Positions 17,028 through 26,384 of a stretch of DNA of 37,029 nucleotides are shown here, one piece after another. The notes beneath the pieces were generated by a model. It worked only from the letters and a program-made list of their open reading frames with translations, was not told the origin of the DNA and ran no database searches. The position numbers were made by a program, and so were the translations under genes. Within the stretch, counting starts at the first letter, position 1. Each line of letters starts with the position of its first letter. This DNA is from an uncultured Clostridia bacterium (lineage in GTDB: Bacteria > Bacillota > Clostridia > TANB77 > CAG-508), in NCBI GenBank assembly GCA_947625925.1, contig CANQQC010000002.1, positions 1-37,029 of the forward strand, written 5' to 3'.

Positions 17028-18221
17028 TTATTTTATTTCAGCCTCTTTATCTCCATCAAAAAATTTTAAATTTAGTATATCTCCACTTTTTAATTTTTTT
17101 GCACTTTTTATTATATTCCCATCTTTTTGAGCTATAATATATCCTCTAGACATAGTTTTTAAAGGACTTAGTGTATCAAGCTTAGCTATTAGTTCTGTAT
17201 AATTACTTCTTTCTTGTTTAATCTTTTTTTGTATTTCATTTATCATACTCTTAATATACATATCTATTTTTATATATTGTTCTTCAATATTTCTTTTAGG
17301 CTCTTTAAATATAGAACTTGCCATACACTTTTGATAACGCATTTTCATTATTTCAACTTTTTTTAGTAAAGATATACGTAATCTCTTTTGATAAGTGTGT
17401 ATTTTTTCCTTTAATTCAAATATATCTGGTACTGCTAATTCAGCTGCTGCAGATGGAGTCGGCGCCCTTAAATCTGCGACAAAATCAGCTATTGTAAAAT
17501 CAGTTTCATGTCCAACTGCTGAAACAATTGGTATCTCAGAATTATAAATTGCATTTGCTACAATCTCTTCGTTAAATGGCCATAAATCTTCAAGTGATCC
17601 TCCACCTCTACCAATAATTAGTACATCAGCTAATTTGTTTTTATTCATGAAATAAATTCCTTCAGCAATTTTTTGAGCTGCTCCTTCTCCTTGAACCGGT
17701 ACTGGTAGTAATCTAATATATACATTTGGATTTCTTCTTGTTGATACATTTATAATATCTTTAATAACAGAGCCTGTTTGAGATGTTAGTACACCAATAA
17801 CTTTTGGCATTAATGGAATTTTCATTTTATGTTCTTCATCAAACATACCTTTTTCTTCTAATTTGCTTTTTAACTCTTGATATTTTGTATATAAATCTCC
17901 TAACCCATCTTCTTCCATTGCATTTACATATATTTGATATACACCATCTCTTTCAAAAACAGAAATAGCTCCAAAAACCATTACCTTTGCGCCATCTTTT
18001 GGTGCAAAATTTAGTTTTTGTGCATAGCTTTTAAACATTACACATTTAACTAAACAATTTTCATCTTTTAATGTAAAGTAAAGATGTCCTGTATAATGAT
18101 TTTTGAAGTTAGATATTTCTCCTTTAACTAAAATATTTTTTAAATATTCATCTTGATTTATTTTATTTTTTATATAGCTATTTAATTGAGTAACAGTTAT
18201 AGCCATATCAGCATATTTCAT
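17028..18221 (-). CDS. xseA: Exodeoxyribonuclease VII large subunit
   Basis: ITVTQLNSYIKNKI...VKGEISNFKNHYTGHLYFTLKDENCLVKCVMF (OB fold) and IGRGGGSLEDLWPFNEE. 397 aa. Confidence 0.92.
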   Translation of the reverse strand: MKYADMAITVTQLNSYIKNKINQDEYLKNILVKGEISNFKNHYTGHLYFTLKDENCLVKCVMFKSYAQKLNFAPKDGAKVMVFGAISVFERDGVYQIYVNAMEEDGLGDLYTKYQELKSKLEEKGMFDEEHKMKIPLMPKVIGVLTSQTGSVIKDIINVSTRRNPNVYIRLLPVPVQGEGAAQKIAEGIYFMNKNKLADVLIIGRGGGSLEDLWPFNEEIVANAIYNSEIPIVSAVGHETDFTIADFVADLRAPTPSAAAELAVPDIFELKEKIHTYQKRLRISLLKKVEIMKMRYQKCMASSIFKEPKRNIEEQYIKIDMYIKSMINEIQKKIKQERSNYTELIAKLDTLSPLKTMSRGYIIAQKDGNIIKSAKKLKSGDILNLKFFDGDKEAEIK

Positions 18222-18227
18222 TATTTA

Positions 18228-18629
18228 TCATTCCCTTATAATACTTGCCAATATTCCATTTACAAATTTTGGCGAATTGTCTTCTCCATATTTTTTTGCA
18301 AGTTCGACAGCCTCATTTATAACTACTTTATATGGCAAATTTTTATATTTTATTTCATATATAGCAAGTTTTAAAATTGATAAATCTATTTTAGAAACTC
18401 TCTCTATTTTCCAATCAGACTTAAGGTTATTTTTTATCAATTCGTTGATTGTATTTTTGTTTTTTTCAATTCCTAAAACCGCATCTTCTATATAGGCTAT
18501 AGCTTCATCATTATTTATATCATTAGTTTCGATATAGGTATCAATTTGTTCTTTAAGTTCTTCTAGTTTTTGTATTTCAAGACTATACAATAATTTGAAG
18601 GCTAGTTCTCTCATTGTTGTTCTATTCAT
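18228..18629 (-). CDS. nusB: Transcription antitermination factor NusB
   Basis: [20 protein letters not shown] ... [11 protein letters not shown]...[17 protein letters not shown]. 133 aa. Confidence 0.9.
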   Translation of the reverse strand: MNRTTMRELAFKLLYSLEIQKLEELKEQIDTYIETNDINNDEAIAYIEDAVLGIEKNKNTINELIKNNLKSDWKIERVSKIDLSILKLAIYEIKYKNLPYKVVINEAVELAKKYGEDNSPKFVNGILASIIRE

Positions 18630-18653
18630 ATTACTAGCTTACTCCTTTTCTTT

Positions 18654-18857
18654 TTACATTTTATCTATAAAATTTTTCAAACCTTTTTTTACTTCTTCTT
18701 TATTTTGTTGAACATAGTTTCCAATAAAAGCTCCTAGCACTAGTACTACTATTCCTATAATCAAATCATGTAACCTAGTTACTAATATTAGTATTCCTAT
18801 AATAATACCTATTATAGCTCCTTTATATTGTTTTATGAATTTTTTTAATTCATTCAT
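18654..18857 (-). CDS. DUF2273-like small integral membrane protein
   Basis: Start moved to MNELKK (AAAGGAGC RBS 8 nt upstream). Two Gly/Ile-rich TM segments. It sits in the usual position downstream of asp23-amaP. Confidence 0.55.
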   Translation of the reverse strand: MNELKKFIKQYKGAIIGIIIGILILVTRLHDLIIGIVVLVLGAFIGNYVQQNKEEVKKGLKNFIDKM

Positions 18858-18876
18858 TTTTCTAGCTCCTTTCATT

Positions 18877-19428
18877 TTATATATTTTCTTCTTTCTTTGG
18901 AGCAACATTTTTTATTTTTATATTTACTTCTTTAACTTCTAAATCTGTTGCGCTTTTTATTTTCTCTTTAATCTTTTTTTGTAGATTTGATGATAAATCT
19001 TTAATAACTGCATCAGTACCTACTATTAAATTTACAAATATATTAACATTGTTTTCTTTATCTAATTCTATTCTAGTTTTTATTTCTTCTGTACCACCAA
19101 AGCCTTTTGCTACAGAATTAACAAGACTTTCTAATGTTTCTATAGAAATCATCAATTTTCCACTTTCATTTTCTAATAAAACACCTTGTCCATCATAATC
19201 GTCAGAAGTATAAGTGTTAAAGAATATACTTTTTAGTGATAAAAGTATAAATACAACACTAACTCCTAAAACAATATTTGAAGATATTTCTCCATTTAAT
19301 ACATTCTCTACATAATTTTCTACTTGTCCTAAATCTATCCATCCAAATACTAGTGTGCATAATATAATTGCAACAACTAATATAATCCATGAATACAATA
19401 CTAATGTTAATTTGTTTAAAAATTTCAT
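18877..19428 (-). CDS. amaP: Alkaline shock response membrane anchor protein AmaP-like
   Basis: Two N-terminal TM segments, then an Asp23-like soluble region. It is located directly downstream of asp23, as in known asp23-amaP operons. Confidence 0.6.
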   Translation of the reverse strand: MKFLNKLTLVLYSWIILVVAIILCTLVFGWIDLGQVENYVENVLNGEISSNIVLGVSVVFILLSLKSIFFNTYTSDDYDGQGVLLENESGKLMISIETLESLVNSVAKGFGGTEEIKTRIELDKENNVNIFVNLIVGTDAVIKDLSSNLQKKIKEKIKSATDLEVKEVNIKIKNVAPKKEENI

Positions 19429-19450
19429 TTTTCTTTCTCCATTTCTTTTT

Positions 19451-19903
19451 TTATTTTTCTTCTTTTTCTTCTGATTCTGCTTCAGTTGAATCAGTATTTA
19501 CACCTTGAACGTGTACATTTACTTCATCTACAGATAAACCTGTCATTGTTTCTACAGATGTTTTTACTCTTTTTTGAATTTTATATGCAATATCAGGTAT
19601 TCTTGTTCCGTATTCAACAATTATATTGATATCAAGTTTTACCTTTTGCCCATTTATATCTACTTTTATTCCTTTTGCTAAGTTTTTCTTACCACTTAGT
19701 ACTTCAGTAATTCCACCTGCAAAACTTCCTGCCATTCCAGCAACACCTTCAATTTCAGAAACGGCAACACCGGCAATTACTCCAATTACATCTGAAGAAA
19801 TTTCTATTCCTTCATTTTCTAATTCTTCTGTACTTTCATTTATTTCTATGATTTCACCTTCTTCTTCTTTTTCAGTTTTTGCATTTTGTTTTTCTTTAGC
19901 CAT
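19451..19903 (-). CDS. Asp23/Gls24 family envelope stress protein
   Basis: ISSDVIGVIAGVAVSEIEGVAGM ... VDEVNVHVQGV. I prefer the start at the third codon of the ORF (AGGAGG plus 7 nt). Confidence 0.85.
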   Translation of the reverse strand: MAKEKQNAKTEKEEEGEIIEINESTEELENEGIEISSDVIGVIAGVAVSEIEGVAGMAGSFAGGITEVLSGKKNLAKGIKVDINGQKVKLDINIIVEYGTRIPDIAYKIQKRVKTSVETMTGLSVDEVNVHVQGVNTDSTEAESEEKEEK

Positions 19904-19920
19904 ACTCATTCCTCCTTTTA

Positions 19921-19968
19921 TAAAAAAATTGATATACTATTGTTGGCTATAGTATATCAATTTTTATA
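19921..19968 (-). terminator. Rho-independent terminator after fbp
   Basis: AAAAATTGATATACTAT-tgttggc-ATAGTATATCAATTTTT. The stem is at least 13 bp and is flanked by A/T runs on both sides. Confidence 0.65.
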
Positions 19969-19979
19969 TTTTTTTACAA
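19951..19979 (-). promoter_or_regulatory. Possible promoter of the asp23-...-gpr gene string
   Basis: Minus strand reads TTGTAA (19974-19979), a 17-nt spacer ending in TGa, then TATACT (19951-19956). The -10 lies inside the upstream arm of the fbp terminator hairpin. Confidence 0.35.
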
Positions 19980-20004
19980 CCTGTTTAGCTAAATTTATTT
20001 ATTT

Positions 20005-21966
20005 TTATAACTTCTGTTTTATTTGTCCTGATTCATAGAAATTTAATAATTCTTTCAAATCATCTATTTGTATTCTAAGTACTTTTCCAATATCAGTATC
20101 TCCAACAAGCTTTCTTTCTCCAACTGTTTTCTTAACAATTATTTCTGAAATTATATCTTTTTCTTCTTCAATTGCTTTTTCAACAGATTCAAAAGGTCTG
20201 TTTTGGCTAAGTAATAATCCATGGGAATTATTTGTTAAAATATATCCTGCATTACCTGTTTTTTCTTGATAACTTTTAGCAAAACCTCCATCTATTACTA
20301 ATAATTTTCCATTTGCTCTAATTGGACTTTCTCCATCTTTAGCTTTTACGGGTATATGTCCATTTACTATATGCGATTTTTTTACATTAAGTTTAAATTC
20401 TTTTAGAATTTTATCACAAATATCTTCATTTGCAGATAAATAGTAATACGGATTTTTTTCTTCTCTTCTTGCATCTTTATCATCAATAAAGTAACTTTCA
20501 AATGTCGCCATTTTATCCTTTCCAAAAAATGGTGAGTCTGGTGATATCCATAAATACCACATTATATCTACTAATTCTTTTCTATTTTCCAAATCAAAAT
20601 ATACTTTTTTAATTGTTTTGTTTATTAAATCTAAATATTCCTTTCCTTTTACTCTTTTACCTAAGAAAGTTACCTCTCTAAAATCTCCATTTTCATTCAT
20701 TGGTATACATGCATGGAATAATAAATTTGAATTAAATATTGTATATAGTTCACCTTTTTGATAAATAAATTTCATGTGTTCATTTAATTTTTGACTATGC
20801 TTGAAAGATTCACAAAGTCTTTCCACAACTTCTGCTTCTTCTTCTGTTAGTTTATATGGATCTTTCATATCTATAGTTGGAAAATTTGTATCATTTAATT
20901 TATATTTTTTTCCATCAACAACAACTGTAGCTTTTTTCAAATTCATTTTATCTAATAAAAGTCTATCATCTAAATTATATTCAGGATGTTTTTTTATCAT
21001 TTGTCCTTCTAATTTAAATTGAATAACTGTTATAGCTTTATGAATTTTTGCAATATTTGTTTTATCTGTATTGTTATATTTATTTTCATCATAAACTTTA
21101 GGCATAAAATTTATACAATCATCATCATTATATGTATTCATTGCAAAATTTGATAATGGCCTTATATTTATTCCATATGCTTCTTCAAGTGTTCCTATGT
21201 TATTATATCTTGCACATATTCTAACAACTGTTGCAATACTAGCACTATTTCCACAAGCTGCTCCCATCCATGAAATGTCATGATTTCCCCATTGCATATC
21301 AATACTATGGAATTTTTTTAATTCTTCAATAACTAAATCTGGACGATTTCCTCTATCAAAAATATCTCCAATAATATGCAAATGATCTATTGCCATTCTT
21401 TTTATTAAATGAGAGATTGCAATTATAAAGCTATCTGATTGTTTTAAATCAATTATTGTTCTAATAATTGCTTTATAATATCTTTCTTTATCTTTTTCGT
21501 TTGAAGCTTGTGAATTAAGTAACTCATCAATTACATATTCAAAACCTCTATTTATAGCTTTTCTAACTTTTGATCTAGTATATTTAGAACTTACTTTTTT
21601 TGCAACTTCAATTAAACGATATAATGTAATAGTATACCATTCATCTAAATCAATAATTTTTTTCTTCATTAATTTTAGTTTTTGTTCAGGATAGTAAATT
21701 AAAGTAGCAAGTGTTGCTCTTTCTTTTTTAGTGATTGTATTTCCGAAAATATCATCAATTTTACTTCTTATAATACCTCCACCATTATTTAATATATGTA
21801 CGAATGGTTCATATTCTCCATGTATATCACTTAAGAACATTTCTGTTCCTTTAGGTAGATTTAAAATAGCTTGTAAATTGATTATTTCTTCTGCAACTTC
21901 ATTTATATTTTTATAGTCTTTACTCAATAGTTTTAAATATTTTTCTTTATTATATTCTCTTTCCAT
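20005..21966 (-). CDS. fbp: Fructose-1,6-bisphosphatase, class 3
   Basis: MFLSDIHGEYEPFVHILNNGGG, HIIGDIFDRGNRPD and WGNHD metallophosphoesterase motifs. The 653-aa length is typical of class 3 FBPase. Confidence 0.92.
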   Translation of the reverse strand: MEREYNKEKYLKLLSKDYKNINEVAEEIINLQAILNLPKGTEMFLSDIHGEYEPFVHILNNGGGIIRSKIDDIFGNTITKKERATLATLIYYPEQKLKLMKKKIIDLDEWYTITLYRLIEVAKKVSSKYTRSKVRKAINRGFEYVIDELLNSQASNEKDKERYYKAIIRTIIDLKQSDSFIIAISHLIKRMAIDHLHIIGDIFDRGNRPDLVIEELKKFHSIDMQWGNHDISWMGAACGNSASIATVVRICARYNNIGTLEEAYGINIRPLSNFAMNTYNDDDCINFMPKVYDENKYNNTDKTNIAKIHKAITVIQFKLEGQMIKKHPEYNLDDRLLLDKMNLKKATVVVDGKKYKLNDTNFPTIDMKDPYKLTEEEAEVVERLCESFKHSQKLNEHMKFIYQKGELYTIFNSNLLFHACIPMNENGDFREVTFLGKRVKGKEYLDLINKTIKKVYFDLENRKELVDIMWYLWISPDSPFFGKDKMATFESYFIDDKDARREEKNPYYYLSANEDICDKILKEFKLNVKKSHIVNGHIPVKAKDGESPIRANGKLLVIDGGFAKSYQEKTGNAGYILTNNSHGLLLSQNRPFESVEKAIEEEKDIISEIIVKKTVGERKLVGDTDIGKVLRIQIDDLKELLNFYESGQIKQKL

Positions 21967-22003
21967 AATTTTACATCCTTTTCAATAATAAAACTCATAC
22001 AAT

Positions 22004-22032
22004 ATTATACCACATATTACTAATTTTTTCAA
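22004..22032 (-). promoter_or_regulatory. Sigma-A type promoter for fbp
   Basis: Minus strand reads TTGAAA (22027-22032), a 17-nt spacer ending in TGg, then TATAAT (22004-22009). Confidence 0.6.
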
Positions 22033-22046
22033 TAATTTAGTCTTAT

Positions 22047-22487
22047 TTAAAATTCTTTATTTTCTAAACTAGTCAAAAATTTTTCCTTTATCTCAACTGG
22101 TAATAATGTTAAAGATTTTATATCTTCTTTTTTTATAATTTCAGGTATATATTCTCCGTATTCAATGTATGCTGGATCATTTGAAAACTCAGGTCCTGTA
22201 CCTGTACCAAATTCCCCACTCACATATTTGCATAAAAAGAAATATTCATCTTGATTAAATTTTTCTGAGTGAATTTTAAATAACAACTTTTCAACTTTTA
22301 CATCAATCCCAAATTCTTCTTTAATTTCTCTTATTGTCCCTTCTTCTAAAGATTCTCCTTCTTCAAGTCCACCACCTGGAAAAGTATAATAATCTTGATA
22401 ATCTTTTCTTTTAATTACATTTTTTCTATGCATAAAAGCATATCCATTTTGAATCGGTATAATTGCTGCAACTCTAATTCTTTTCAT
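22047..22487 (-). CDS. NUDIX hydrolase
   Basis: Nudix box GGGLEEGESLEEGTIREIKEEFGI. 146 aa. RBS AAAGGAGA. Confidence 0.85.
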   Translation of the reverse strand: MKRIRVAAIIPIQNGYAFMHRKNVIKRKDYQDYYTFPGGGLEEGESLEEGTIREIKEEFGIDVKVEKLLFKIHSEKFNQDEYFFLCKYVSGEFGTGTGPEFSNDPAYIEYGEYIPEIIKKEDIKSLTLLPVEIKEKFLTSLENKEF

Positions 22488-22576
22488 TTTTTTCTCCTTT
22501 TTTATCTTTTTTCTAGTTATACCATATTTGTTTTATCATTTCAAATTAATAAAAATAATAAAATTTTCCTATTTTA

Positions 22577-22605
22577 CTTTTACTTTTTATTTTTAATGGT
22601 ATAAT
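22577..22605 (+). promoter_or_regulatory. Possible extended -10 promoter for mgtA
   Basis: TGgTATAAT at 22597-22605. The -35 is poor (CTTTTA). It leaves only about 30 nt of leader before the ATG at 22639. Confidence 0.4.
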
Positions 22606-22638
22606 AAATAATGAAAAAAATTATGGAGATGATTATTT

Positions 22639-25245
22639 ATGACAAATGCAAAAGAAGAAGTTGACGTAGCAAAATTATATGGAAAAGAATGTACTTTAAA
22701 AAAAGAAGAATTTATTAAGAAATTCAATTTTTCTAGTAATGGTTTATCATCTGAAAAAGCAAATGATAAACTTCAAAAAGATGGACTTAATGAACTAACT
22801 CAAGCAAAACCAAAAAAATGGTACAATTATTTTTTAGAGAGTCTTTTATCTCCTTTTAATTGTATTTTGCTTGGTATTGTTTTAATACTCTTTTATACTG
22901 ATGTTTATTTACCACAAGTACCTAGTTATGCAAATATTATTGTTATTTTAGTATTAGTTACAGTTAGTACTTTTTTAGATTTTTTTGAAGAATATCGTTC
23001 AAATAAAGCTGCTGAAAAGTTAAAAGAATTAGTTGCAACAAATGCTTTAGTTCTTCGTGATGGAAAAGAAGTTCAAATTCCAATAAAAGAAGTCGTTATA
23101 GGTGATGTTGTATTACTTTCTGCAGGTAGTATGATTCCAGCAGATTTAAGAATTATTGAATCTAAAGACTTGTATGTTGGACAATCTGCTCTAACAGGTG
23201 AATCTGACTCAGTAAAAAAATCTTCAGATTCAGAACTTTCAATGAATGATATATCTAATATTGCAGATTTAGATACAATCTGTTTTATGGGAACAAATGT
23301 TGAATCTGGTAGTGCAAATGGAATCGTTATTAAAACAGCTGATGATACTTATTTTGGAAAAGTTGCTCATACTTTAACATCTGGAAAACCAAAAACAGCT
23401 TTCCAATTAGGCATTGAAAAAATTAGTAAATTGTTAATTAAATTTATGATAATTATAATTCCAATAGTATTTATTTTAAATGTATGGAAACATGACTTGA
23501 TAACTGCATTTACATTTGCAGTTGCAATTGCAATTTGTATAACACCACTATTACTCCCTGTCATCTTATCTTCTAGTTTATCTAAAGGTGCTGTTAAAAT
23601 GTCAAAGAAAAAGACAATAGTAAAAAAATTAGATGCTATTCAAAATTTTGGAGCTATGAATATTCTTTGTACAGATAAAACCGGAACATTAACAGAAGAT
23701 AAAATTGTTCTTGAAAAATATTTAGATATAAATGGAAATGAAGATATTCGTATTTTAAAACATGCTTTCTTAAATTCATATTTTCAAACAGGCTTAAAAG
23801 GAAATATTGATGAAGCTGTTATTGCAAGAGGTATAGAAAATGGAATGAAATCTTTTGAAGATGTTTATAAAAAGGTTGATGAAATACCTTTTGATTTTTC
23901 TAGAAGGCGTTTATCAGTTATATTAGATGATGGTAAGAAAAAACAAATGATAACAAAAGGTGCTGTTGAAGAAATCTTAGATATTTGTACATTAGTAGAT
24001 TTTCAAGGACAAGTCAGTCCTATTACTAAAGAAATAAAAAACAATATCATGAAAATTAGTAAAAAGATGAACGAGGAAGGTCTTAGAGTCGTTGCCGTTT
24101 GTCAAAAAAATGATATTTTAGATGTCAAAGATTTTGATGTATCAATTGAAAAAAATATGGTCTTAATGGGATTTATTGGTTTTTTAGATCCACCAAAAGA
24201 AAGTGCAAAAGAATCAATTAAAAAACTAAATAAATCAGGAATTAGAGTGATTGTCTTAACTGGTGATAATGCTGAAGTTACAAGATGTATTTGTAATAAA
24301 GTTGGAATAAATTCTAAAAAAATACTAGTTGGTAATGAAATAGACAAATTATCAGATTTTGCTCTTCTTAATCATCTAGAAGATACCAATATATTTGCAA
24401 AACTTTCTCCTATTCAAAAAGCAAGAATTGTTAGACTTTTAAAAGAAAATGGAAATACCGTTGGATATATGGGCGATGGAATAAACGATAGCCCTTCTCT
24501 TACAAATTCTGACGTAGGTGTCTCTGTAGACACTGCTGTAGATATTGCAAAAGAATCTGCTGATATAATTTTATTAGAAAAAGATTTAAATGTACTTTTA
24601 GATGGTGTGAACGAAGGAAGAAAAACTTTTGTTAATTTGATGAAATATATTAAAATGGCAACAAGTTTCAATTTTGGAGAAGTTATTTCTGTTATGATTG
24701 CAAGTGTACTATTTCCTTTCTTACCAGAAACTCCAATTCAATTATTAGTAGAAGGTTTATTATATGATTTTGGACAATTAACTTTACCATTTGACAATGT
24801 TGATGAAGAATTTATAAAAGAACCTAAGAAATTAGATATTAAAAGTTTAAAAAACTTTATGTTCTTTATGGGACCTTTAAGTTCAGCATTTGACTTAATA
24901 ATATTTGCATATGTATGGTTTGTATTTAGAATTAGAGATGCAGCTAGTTTCCAATCAATTTGGTTTACTTATAGCATAATCTCAAATCTATTTGGAATGC
25001 ATATTATTAGAACAACTAAAAACCCTATAGAAGGAAGTAATGCAAGTAAAGCTGTATATTTTTCTTCTATATTGATTATGATTATTGCAGTTATAATACC
25101 AAACTCATATATTGGACAAGTTATAGGACTAGTTCCAATAAAAGCTGAAATAATAATGATAATGTTTGCAATATCATTATTCTATTGTATTTTTGCAACT
25201 GTTGCAAAAAAATACTATATTAAAAAATATGGTGAATGGATTTAA
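22639..25245 (+). CDS. mgtA: Magnesium-translocating P-type ATPase (MgtA-type)
   Basis: TGESD, ICTDKTGTLT, MGDGINDSPSL and an N-terminus (LSSEKANDKLQKDGLNEL...SPFNCILLG) typical of type IIIB pumps. 868 aa. Cation specificity is inferred from family resemblance only. Confidence 0.75.
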   Translation: MTNAKEEVDVAKLYGKECTLKKEEFIKKFNFSSNGLSSEKANDKLQKDGLNELTQAKPKKWYNYFLESLLSPFNCILLGIVLILFYTDVYLPQVPSYANIIVILVLVTVSTFLDFFEEYRSNKAAEKLKELVATNALVLRDGKEVQIPIKEVVIGDVVLLSAGSMIPADLRIIESKDLYVGQSALTGESDSVKKSSDSELSMNDISNIADLDTICFMGTNVESGSANGIVIKTADDTYFGKVAHTLTSGKPKTAFQLGIEKISKLLIKFMIIIIPIVFILNVWKHDLITAFTFAVAIAICITPLLLPVILSSSLSKGAVKMSKKKTIVKKLDAIQNFGAMNILCTDKTGTLTEDKIVLEKYLDINGNEDIRILKHAFLNSYFQTGLKGNIDEAVIARGIENGMKSFEDVYKKVDEIPFDFSRRRLSVILDDGKKKQMITKGAVEEILDICTLVDFQGQVSPITKEIKNNIMKISKKMNEEGLRVVAVCQKNDILDVKDFDVSIEKNMVLMGFIGFLDPPKESAKESIKKLNKSGIRVIVLTGDNAEVTRCICNKVGINSKKILVGNEIDKLSDFALLNHLEDTNIFAKLSPIQKARIVRLLKENGNTVGYMGDGINDSPSLTNSDVGVSVDTAVDIAKESADIILLEKDLNVLLDGVNEGRKTFVNLMKYIKMATSFNFGEVISVMIASVLFPFLPETPIQLLVEGLLYDFGQLTLPFDNVDEEFIKEPKKLDIKSLKNFMFFMGPLSSAFDLIIFAYVWFVFRIRDAASFQSIWFTYSIISNLFGMHIIRTTKNPIEGSNASKAVYFSSILIMIIAVIIPNSYIGQVIGLVPIKAEIIMIMFAISLFYCIFATVAKKYYIKKYGEWI

Positions 25246-25271
25246 TTTAAAATTAAGCTTAATATAAAACT

Positions 25272-25310
25272 AGGAATGAATACTATTGTAATATGAAGTT
25301 CATTCCTTTT
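25272..25310 (+). terminator. Putative terminator after mgtA
   Basis: AGGAATGAA, an 18-nt loop, TTCATTCCT, then TTT. The large loop and short U-run lower my confidence. Confidence 0.45.
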
Positions 25311-25316
25311 AATATG

Positions 25317-25369
25317 AAAAAGAACCCTAAATTATTAAACTTATTTGTCTAATAATTTGGGTTCTTTTT
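25317..25369. terminator. Long bidirectional hairpin terminator between mgtA and the 305-aa gene
   Basis: AAAAAGAACCC(t)AAATTATTA, a 12-nt loop, then TAATAATTTGGGTTCTTTTT. The stem has about 15 bp plus A/U extensions and one bulged T. Confidence 0.65.
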
Positions 25370-25388
25370 ACTAATTTCAATTTTTATT

Positions 25389-26306
25389 TTATACTTTTAT
25401 TAAAATTTCTTCTTTTAGCATTTCTCTTCTTTCTGAAACACTCTCATTTTCTTGGATGTTTGCTTCATCTATTCTCATTATATGTACCTTATCTTCCATC
25501 TTACCACTTTTGAAACATCCAGCATATTCAACTTCATAATATGTATTTTTTAAAATTTCTTCTAGTTCTATTAATTTCTTTTCTCTTTTTTCTTCCAATC
25601 CTTCTTCTAGCATTTTTGGTTTTTTAGCTTGGAAGAAATGTTTTATCCATTCCCATAATTTGTTTTTACTTTTTTTGGTATTGTCTTGTTGTACTATATG
25701 TTCTTTTTCATACCAATAATTTGTCATAGCAAATTGAACTTTTCCAAGATGGTTATCTTTTACTATTTCTCTTTCTTCAGGCATTACAGATAAAATTTCA
25801 TTTTCAATAATTTCTTTTGTATTTTTATATAATTTTTCTATTTCCCTTTTATTAAAATTTGCTATATCAATCAATTTAATTTTAGAAAAATCAGAACTAG
25901 CAAATTGTCTTGATAACATATCAAGTATTCTCATTTTTTCTGTATAAATCATTTCTTTTTTTGTATGGACTTCAATTATTCCTAAATTTTCTTCCCTATA
26001 TTCATCTAATTTTTTCTGATAAATATCTATTAAATTCTCATAGCTATATTCATTATAAAAAGTTGCCATTTTAGATTCTGAAAGTAGAGTTATATGTTGT
26101 TTATATAAACCATCAATACATTCTTCCTCTATTTCATGACATATTTCTACTTCCACTTGCATATTGCTGATTTTCTCATATGTTTTTATATACTCTTCTG
26201 CCAACTTCATACTGTATTGCTTAAGTTGGGTTTCTTTTATTTTTAACTTTTTAACCATTTTTGTAATAGATTGAAAATTATTATTACTTTCTAAACTATG
26301 TTCCAT
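25389..26306 (-). CDS. Hypothetical cytoplasmic protein (305 aa), Glu/Lys-rich and predicted to be largely helical
   Basis: Long ORF with RBS AAAGGGAGA, no TM and no motif I recognise. It lies 78 nt downstream of dnaE with no hairpin in between. Confidence 0.55.
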   Translation of the reverse strand: MEHSLESNNNFQSITKMVKKLKIKETQLKQYSMKLAEEYIKTYEKISNMQVEVEICHEIEEECIDGLYKQHITLLSESKMATFYNEYSYENLIDIYQKKLDEYREENLGIIEVHTKKEMIYTEKMRILDMLSRQFASSDFSKIKLIDIANFNKREIEKLYKNTKEIIENEILSVMPEEREIVKDNHLGKVQFAMTNYWYEKEHIVQQDNTKKSKNKLWEWIKHFFQAKKPKMLEEGLEEKREKKLIELEEILKNTYYEVEYAGCFKSGKMEDKVHIMRIDEANIQENESVSERREMLKEEILIKV

Positions 26307-26384
26307 CTTTTGTTTTCTCCCTTTTTATATTATACAACAAGTATATCATTTATTTATTTTATATACAATACTTCAAAAGTTTTT

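Noticed and set aside
22488-22638. Possible Mg2+ (M-box) riboswitch or leader peptide upstream of mgtA
   Set aside because: The intergenic region is only 151 nt and is shared with the divergent NUDIX gene. The best promoter leaves about 30 nt of leader, and the sequence is almost pure A/T with none of the G/C-containing helices an M-box of about 160 nt needs.
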